NCBI GenBank assembly: GCA_038078615.1
Contig: JBBTWT010000011.1
Location: forward strand, 7,480 to 71,479
Direction of reading: 5' to 3'
Source of the DNA: Patescibacteria group bacterium
Lineage (GTDB): Bacteria; Patescibacteriota; Minisyncoccia; Moranbacterales; UBA1568
DNA: 64,000 nt
The notes under the pieces were generated by a model, which was not told the DNA's origin, made no database searches, and saw only the letters and a list, made by a program, of their open reading frames with translations. The position numbers and the translations under genes were made by a program. Below, piece after piece: positions 58,409-64,000 of this stretch; the stretch's first letter is position 1; the number at the start of each line of letters is the position of its first letter.

Positions 58409-58870
58409 TTATCGAAAAGTTTTTTGTAATCTGGTCCTCCGTATCATCAGCCTGGAACAGAACTCGTGCTCCGTAAAGACTGTTTCTCTTGGGTCAGAGA
58501 CCCCAATGCTGTGCGTCAGCTCTTCATCACCTGTGGACAAAAGCGCTGCCTGGAAATCAGGATTTTCAAGCAAAGCATCAAAGAGCCTGTCGAGTAGATC
58601 TTGATACTCCTGAGAATGGCGATCGTACTTCTTGCCGTTCCACCAGAGCTTCTGATCCTTCTTCCATATTTCGTTTCTTTCTTGCCCCCGGGCTTTAGCC
58701 TCCCTCCCAGATAATCCGCAAATTTCTTTTTGCATTTCCGGGTCATCGAACTTGAACGATTGGATAGGTCCTTCTGCTCCTGCACATTCAACTCCGTCGA
58801 AGACGAATGGGTGCGCACTGAAGTTCGAAAGAATGCCTGCAGATCCAACAGCCTTGCTCTTGATATCCAT
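58409..58870 (-). CDS. NADAR-family protein (phage T4 gp30.3-like)
   Basis: LSNFSAHPFVFDGVEC..EG..QSFKF, NPDFQAALLSTG..LTHSIG; SD GAGGT. Confidence 0.75.
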   Translation of the reverse strand: MDIKSKAVGSAGILSNFSAHPFVFDGVECAGAEGPIQSFKFDDPEMQKEICGLSGREAKARGQERNEIWKKDQKLWWNGKKYDRHSQEYQDLLDRLFDALLENPDFQAALLSTGDEELTHSIGVSDPRETVFTEHEFCSRLMIRRTRLQKTFR

Positions 58871-59054
58871 GGTTTACCTCGCCTGTTGTAAGGAACTGGA
58901 AGTAACTATTGTACTCCTTATTTTTAATTCTGTCCAGAGCGAAATGTATAGAATCGCTCTATATTGCCATTAAGCCTCCCGGCTGCAAGCAATCTCCCCA
59001 GAAAGATCCTTGCGGCAGGAGGCTCTCCCTTCTATGACATCGTGTGAAGAGGGG

Positions 59055-59207
59055 CGAAAACCTCCCTCCATCAAAGGTTCCGGGAACTTGAAATTTTTTT
59101 GAGCACGGTTCCTGATTCTTATCAGGATCAAAAAAATTTCATGAGCACAATCTCCGCTGGGAGATCGTGTGGGTCCCGGAAGCTTTCGGATGGAGGAGGG
59201 GTTTTCG
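59055..59207. other. Multi-stem structured element (unknown ncRNA or MITE)
   Basis: Closing stem CGAAAACC.CCTCCATC / GATGGAGG.GGTTTTCG, plus TTCCGGGA/TCCCGGAA and two internal hairpins. Confidence 0.65.
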
Positions 59208-59211
59208 AAAC

Positions 59212-59246
59212 AAAAAAATAGCCCCGTCTTAAAAATAGAGGGGCTT
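59212..59246 (-). terminator. Intrinsic terminator after the second ABC-F gene
   Basis: AGCCCC.TCT...AGA.GGGGCT followed by a T-run on the minus strand. Confidence 0.65.
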
Positions 59247-59266
59247 ATTAGCTATACATCTATATT

Positions 59267-60724
59267 TCAACTCAAAGACTCCAGATCTAGCACTTCATCA
59301 ATGCGGATCTGGGCGACGAAATCGGGGACATGACTGACCAAGATCATCGCGCCCTTGAATTTGTCCAATGCCTCCGCAATGACGGGAAGATGACGAAAAT
59401 TGATATGATTCGTCGGTTCATCGAGTATCAGGAGGTCCGGCTTCTCGGCATACAGTTGCGCGAACATAAGCAGCCCCTTCTGCCCTTCCGACAGGCTCTC
59501 CACCTTGTTCTGCATCAGATCCGCCGGAATGAGGAATTTCGCCCCGATGCGGTACGCCGCCTCATTGCTCTGTTCCGCCATGGCCGCAAGCAGCGTCTGC
59601 ATCACCGTGCTCTCGAAATCAAGCGTCGAAAAATCCTGACGGTAATACCCGACCTTCATACCGGGCGTGATGTGCGCGCGATCCTCATCGCCTGACGCCA
59701 GCGCCTCGAGAAACGTGCTCTTGCCGATACCGTTCGGCCCGGACACGAGCAGGTGCATATTCTTTTTCAGCACCATATCCACGCGTTTGATAGCCGGCCC
59801 GAGCTCCGTGAGCAGCTTCACTGTCTTGATAGTGACGATCGATCCGGTCGGCTCATTGCAGGGTATCTCGAATGCCGGCAGGGTCTTGTCTTCCTGGCGC
59901 ACGTCGACTTTGTTTTCCTCGAGTTCCTCCGCGAGATCGCGCATCCGCTTGGCGACGGCGCGCAGCTTGCCCCCCTTGTTCGCGAAGACGTTGGCCTGAT
60001 CTTTCTTCTCCTGGATCGTGCGCTCGAGACGCACGTTCTCGCTCTGCGCCTTGGCGATCCGCTTGGCGATCTCCTCCACCACATCATAGTAGTCGCCGAC
60101 GTACTGCTCGATCTTGTGCGTAAAAATATCGAGATAGAGCACTCCGTGCGTGAACGCGTTCAAAAATTCCGCGTCGTGGGAGATAACGATGCAGGTTTTC
60201 TCGTAATTGATGAGGAACTGCGTGAGATGCGCGATCCCCTCGTAGTCGAGGTTGTTGGTCGGCTCATCGAGGAGCAGGATATCCGGATTCTGGATGAGGG
60301 CTGACGCGAGCAGGAGGCGCGCCTGCTGTCCGCCGGAAAACTCCCTGATCTTTTTCGTAAGCGGCGGCAGAGGCAGATTCACCACTTCCAATACCTCCTT
60401 GATATGCATCTCAAGCTCCCATGCCTTGCCTCTGAAAAACTGCGCGAAGAATTCCGCAAGCGAGAGCTCCAGCTGGTCGCGAGGGATGACTTGACGCCCG
60501 AGAGCCACCGTCGCATCGCGGTCGAGAGAGACGCGTCCGCTCTGCGGTTTCTCTTCGCCGGTGATGAGCTTGAACAGCGAGCTTTTGCCCGCGCCGTTCT
60601 GCCCCATGAGCGTTACCTTCGATCCGGCACGCATCGAAAAACTCACCTCATCGAGGATTGGTTTCTTGTGCCCGTATTCGAAGGACACGTTATCGAATCG
60701 CAATACTATATTGTCTTTTGCCAT
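59267..60724 (-). CDS. ABC-F family ATPase
   Basis: GQNGAGKS, FSGGQ, DEPTNN; GPNGIGKS, LSEGQ, DEPTNH. Confidence 0.93.
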   Translation of the reverse strand: MAKDNIVLRFDNVSFEYGHKKPILDEVSFSMRAGSKVTLMGQNGAGKSSLFKLITGEEKPQSGRVSLDRDATVALGRQVIPRDQLELSLAEFFAQFFRGKAWELEMHIKEVLEVVNLPLPPLTKKIREFSGGQQARLLLASALIQNPDILLLDEPTNNLDYEGIAHLTQFLINYEKTCIVISHDAEFLNAFTHGVLYLDIFTHKIEQYVGDYYDVVEEIAKRIAKAQSENVRLERTIQEKKDQANVFANKGGKLRAVAKRMRDLAEELEENKVDVRQEDKTLPAFEIPCNEPTGSIVTIKTVKLLTELGPAIKRVDMVLKKNMHLLVSGPNGIGKSTFLEALASGDEDRAHITPGMKVGYYRQDFSTLDFESTVMQTLLAAMAEQSNEAAYRIGAKFLIPADLMQNKVESLSEGQKGLLMFAQLYAEKPDLLILDEPTNHINFRHLPVIAEALDKFKGAMILVSHVPDFVAQIRIDEVLDLESLS

Positions 60725-61180
60725 AATTGTCTATGAGCGAAGTGAGTAGCTACAATTATGAGCATCCCGCTTCAATTCAATCATTCAACGTATGCTGGCT
60801 CTGACAAAGCCGCAAGGCATTTCCGCGCAACTCGCCCTCCATCAGCTCCTGCTAAGTTTGGAATTGTGGCGGGGAGCCATAATTGTCGTCAATGCTTCCC
60901 CGGTAAATAAAAAAGCCGCGAAACGGCAGAAGTATTGTGACACGGAATTCGAACGCATGCAAGCGGATGTAAAAAAAATACCACCCTCGGGACCGAGTTC
61001 TTCTTTTTTGCTTCAGGCGTCTTCGGTTTTTCCATATTCATAACATTTTTCCGCCATCCGGCGGACTTACTGTTTACACTCACTCTTTTAGTGTATCCCC
61101 CCCCCGACGATCCCTGTCAAATAGGCAATTGCCACCCCCTCTCCAACCGATCATATTTTACCCGACACACCTCCAGCAGA

Positions 61181-61218
61181 AATCTTACTATTTATGCAAT
61201 TGCATAAATAGTAAGATT
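61181..61218. repeat. 38-bp perfect palindrome upstream of the PaaX-like gene
   Basis: AATCTTACTATTTATGCAA|TTGCATAAATAGTAAGATT; overlaps a TTGCAT-17 nt-TAAAAT promoter. Confidence 0.95.
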
Positions 61219-61252
61219 GTTGTAAAATATACTAGAGATCACTCAAATATAT

Positions 61253-61907
61253 ATGAAACACGATCAAAAAAACAAAAACTTGCTGGGCAGTGTCGGAAAC
61301 AAAATGGAGGCACTCATGCTTTCTGATAGCTTCTCGGCAACAGCAACCAAATTCCTACTTAATGTTAGTCGCGATGGGTGGCATAATGTTCGTAGGAGCC
61401 ACACTCCCCGGACTTGTCAAAGGAATCGGCACTTTCAGCCGCAGCCACAAAAGTTATCGAAAAACAAGAATGAGATACTCGGAAAAACAGATTTCGAATT
61501 CTTTTGCATATCTGAAGAAAAAGCAGCTTATCAAGCTCGTACAAGAGAGTGGCGGCAAAATCACAGTACAGCTGACTAACCAAGGGGAAAAAAGATTGAC
61601 AAGCTATTCTTTGGATATGCTAAAAATCAAAAAACCAAAAAAGTGGGATGGAAAATGGCGCGTTCTGATGTTTGATATCCCTACACATCCAAAATCATAC
61701 AATAGCGCTCGCGATGCTCTGCGAAACAAGATAAAAGAACTGGGATTTTACCAGATTCAGAAAAGCGTGTGGGTATATCCTTATGAGTGTGAAGATGAGC
61801 TGCTGTTCGTGGCAGAAATGTTCAAAGTGCAGCGCTATATAGAAATTCTCACGGCAGACAGGATGTTGCATGAGAATGTGCTGAAGAAAAAATTCGCATT
61901 AGGCTAG
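61253..61907 (+). CDS. PaaX-like regulator (wHTH plus Cas2-like domain), apparently frameshifted near 61361
   Basis: QLTNQGEK, KWDGKWRVLMFDIP, RDALRNKIKELGFYQIQKSVWVYPYEC; the N-terminus lies in another frame starting at ATG 61253. Confidence 0.8.
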
Positions 61908-61927
61908 ATAGAACAAACGACACCACA

Positions 61928-61961
61928 TCTTACTTTTTACGCAATTGCGTAAAAAGTAAGA
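61928..61961. repeat. 34-bp perfect palindrome downstream of the PaaX-like gene
   Basis: TCTTACTTTTTACGCAA|TTGCGTAAAAAGTAAGA. Confidence 0.95.
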
Positions 61962-61965
61962 ATGT

Positions 61966-63081
61966 TCAGCGCTGGATATATTTTAACGTTTCGCGGGCGC
62001 AGCTGTCCCAAGAAAAATGCTGAAGTTGTTTCTGTCCTCTCTCAACAAGTTCCTTGCGGAGCGGCTCGTCATCCCACAGACGCTCCAGTTTCTCGGCGAT
62101 GTCAGGCACACTCTCGGCATGACAGTAGAGCGCCGCGCGTCCCCCTACCTCGCGCAGGCTCGAGTTGCTCGCCGCGAGCACCGGTATGCCGGAAGCAAAC
62201 GCTTCGAGTATCGGCAGTCCGAATCCCTCATAGAGCGACGGGAACGCAAACATCCGCGCTCCCTGATACAATGTGCGCAAGTCTTCGAATGTCACCCGGC
62301 CAGTCAGAATAATATCTTTTTTGTGTGCACTCTGCTCACGAGCGAGAAGAATCTCCTCCGCAAGCCACGCCTCTTCGCCCGCCAAGACCAACTTCATCTC
62401 CAGGGTGCTTTTTTTGGCGATATCGAATGCCTCGATCAATCGAGTGAGATTTTTTCTCGGTTGCAGAGCACCGACATACAAGCAATAGCTTTTAGCTTGT
62501 AATTTATAGCTTTTGAGCTTCTGAACCACTGCTTCTTGCGATAACCGAGTACCGAAGAACGCGCCGTCGAAACCATGATGAATGACTTTTATTTTTTCCT
62601 CCTTCAGCTGCGGAAAAAATTCCAAAAGATCATCCTTGGTAGACTGTGACACTGCGATCAGCTTCTCCGCTCTGCGCAAGGCCAGATCAAGCATAATATT
62701 CAATTTCAGCAGATGGCTTTTCGGAAACGTCTCCGGATAGCGCTTGAAGGCAAGGTCATGGATCGTCGCCGTCACCTCCGTCCCTCGCGGCACGAAAAAC
62801 GGCGCCGCCTGAATCGGCAGGAACAGTTTCTCCGGCTTCGCGCGAAAAAGCTCCCAGACGAATCTCGTCTGCATCCACGCGGACGGAAACGGGCATCCTT
62901 TCACCTGATAATTCGCAAATAGAGGAGGAGCGAGATCCGGATTGAACGTGCCGCGATGATACAAGAGAAATTCCGTCTTCGGATCAAGTGTCCCGAAGCG
63001 TTTCAGCAGTTCCTTCAGATACACCCGTGTCCCGTCGATCCGCTCTACATCCAGGTCGCTTGCTTGCACGGCTATTCGCAT
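61966..63081 (-). CDS. Glycosyltransferase family 4 (mannosyltransferase-like)
   Basis: TIHDL, VGALQPRKN, FPSLYEGFGLPILEA. Confidence 0.93.
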   Translation of the reverse strand: MRIAVQASDLDVERIDGTRVYLKELLKRFGTLDPKTEFLLYHRGTFNPDLAPPLFANYQVKGCPFPSAWMQTRFVWELFRAKPEKLFLPIQAAPFFVPRGTEVTATIHDLAFKRYPETFPKSHLLKLNIMLDLALRRAEKLIAVSQSTKDDLLEFFPQLKEEKIKVIHHGFDGAFFGTRLSQEAVVQKLKSYKLQAKSYCLYVGALQPRKNLTRLIEAFDIAKKSTLEMKLVLAGEEAWLAEEILLAREQSAHKKDIILTGRVTFEDLRTLYQGARMFAFPSLYEGFGLPILEAFASGIPVLAASNSSLREVGGRAALYCHAESVPDIAEKLERLWDDEPLRKELVERGQKQLQHFSWDSCARETLKYIQR

Positions 63082-63093
63082 ATGTTTTCATAT

Positions 63094-64000
63094 TCATTCA
63101 AATATCACTTCCTGTCTCCCCCTTATTATTTCTCCTATCAGTATCCCTTCTTTGATGACATCCCTGGACACTACTACGAGACCAATACCACAATTGAAAG
63201 TACGCAACATCTCATGCTCTGAAACATTCCCTGTTTTCCGTATCGCATCAAATATGCGCGGCTGCTTCCACGAATTTCGCCTTATTTTCATTGCACAACC
63301 GGGGGGCAAGACACGCGGAGGATTTTCTACCAACCCTCCACCTGTAATATGGACAAGTCCGGCGATGTCATATGCGGCAAGGAGTTTTTGTATGATATTT
63401 ACATAGATCTTTGTCGGAGTGAGCAGCGTCTCTCCGAGCGTCAGAGCAAGCCCTGGGACTTTGGAACGTAAGATTTTCTTCGCCCTCTTCGGATTCTTGA
63501 AATCGATGCCGAACACTTTTCTCACCAGACTGTATCCGTTCGAGTGCACTCCCGAAGAAGGAAAGCCATACACCTTCATTCCCGGCTTGATGTGTTGTCC
63601 GAGAATAAGATCTCTTTTGGAGTCGCAAAACCCTACCGCAAATCCTGCCAGATCATACTCCTCTTTCGAATACATGTCCGGCATCTCGGCCATCTCACCG
63701 CCCAAAAGCGCCACTTCCGCCTCATGGCAGCCTCGGATAATGCCTGTCATGATCTGTTTTGTCCTTTCCGGAATCTGTTTCCCCATAGCGATATAATCCA
63801 GAAATAGCGCCGGTCTGATCCCTAGCACCGCGATATCATTGACACTCATAGCTACGAGATCGATCCCTACGGTAGCATGCTTGTTCATCAGGGAGGCCAC
63901 GATTAGCTTGGTACCGACACCATCAGTCGACGATGCGACTATCCTCCCGTCCTTGAGCTCGGCCACCCCGCCGAACGCTCCGATTTTCGTCAGAACCTTT
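63094..64000 (-). CDS. purM: Phosphoribosylformylglycinamidine cyclo-ligase (AIR synthetase), 5' end outside the window
   Basis: STDGVGTK, GIDLVAMSVND, GGEMAEMP, SSGVHSNGYSLVR, HITGGG, RTFNCGIG. Confidence 0.95.
   Translation of the reverse strand, partial: KVLTKIGAFGGVAELKDGRIVASSTDGVGTKLIVASLMNKHATVGIDLVAMSVNDIAVLGIRPALFLDYIAMGKQIPERTKQIMTGIIRGCHEAEVALLGGEMAEMPDMYSKEEYDLAGFAVGFCDSKRDLILGQHIKPGMKVYGFPSSGVHSNGYSLVRKVFGIDFKNPKRAKKILRSKVPGLALTLGETLLTPTKIYVNIIQKLLAAYDIAGLVHITGGGLVENPPRVLPPGCAMKIRRNSWKQPRIFDAIRKTGNVSEHEMLRTFNCGIGLVVVSRDVIKEGILIGEIIRGRQEVIFE

Noticed and set aside
60889-61083. 64-aa minus-strand ORF as a real gene
   Set aside because: No recognisable motif and it overlaps a palindromic element; cannot be supported from the sequence alone.
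61181-61961. CRISPR-Cas locus (Cas2-like domain plus palindromic repeats)
   Set aside because: Only two repeats, separated by a whole gene; no spacers and no cas1.

Overview
Bacterial chromosomal segment (standard code 11). Gene content and style point to a Patescibacteria/CPR organism, Moranbacteria-like (inference). Positions 1-25.3 kb hold a minus-strand cell-surface glycan locus, more AT-rich in its left part: priming sugar transferase, Wzx flippase, GT2/GT4/GT-C enzymes, UDP-GlcA decarboxylase, a B12 radical SAM enzyme with a ferredoxin, rfbF-rfbG-NUDIX-rfbH, a YerE-like ThDP enzyme with a reductase (branched 3,6-dideoxyhexose, yersiniose-type), and a sugar C-methyltransferase. Three small cassettes interrupt it: an NYN nuclease, a PemK/MazF-like nuclease and a four-helix-bundle gene. 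The rest is mostly housekeeping (a ~640-nt RNase P RNA, pheT/pheS, tsaC, tyrS, secF/secD, two ABC-F ATPases, class A PBP, rnhA, recJ, dnaJ, membrane-anchored Clp ATPase, purM). The most unusual signals are non-coding or sub-genic: (i) a solo PemK-like nuclease facing a promoter-plus-terminator-bounded ~58-nt RNA, inside a cassette bracketed by a duplicated gene end; (ii) a nested family of in-frame palindromic insertions in pheS, pheT, ABC-F, dnaJ and rnpB; (iii) a PaaX/Cas2-like gene flanked by two covarying perfect palindromes; (iv) an NYN gene behind a promoter-hairpin-terminator leader; (v) long structured leaders at both ABC-F genes. I saw no CRISPR array, rRNA, tRNA, transposase or integrase. 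All calls come from reading the sequence and ORF track; no searches were run.
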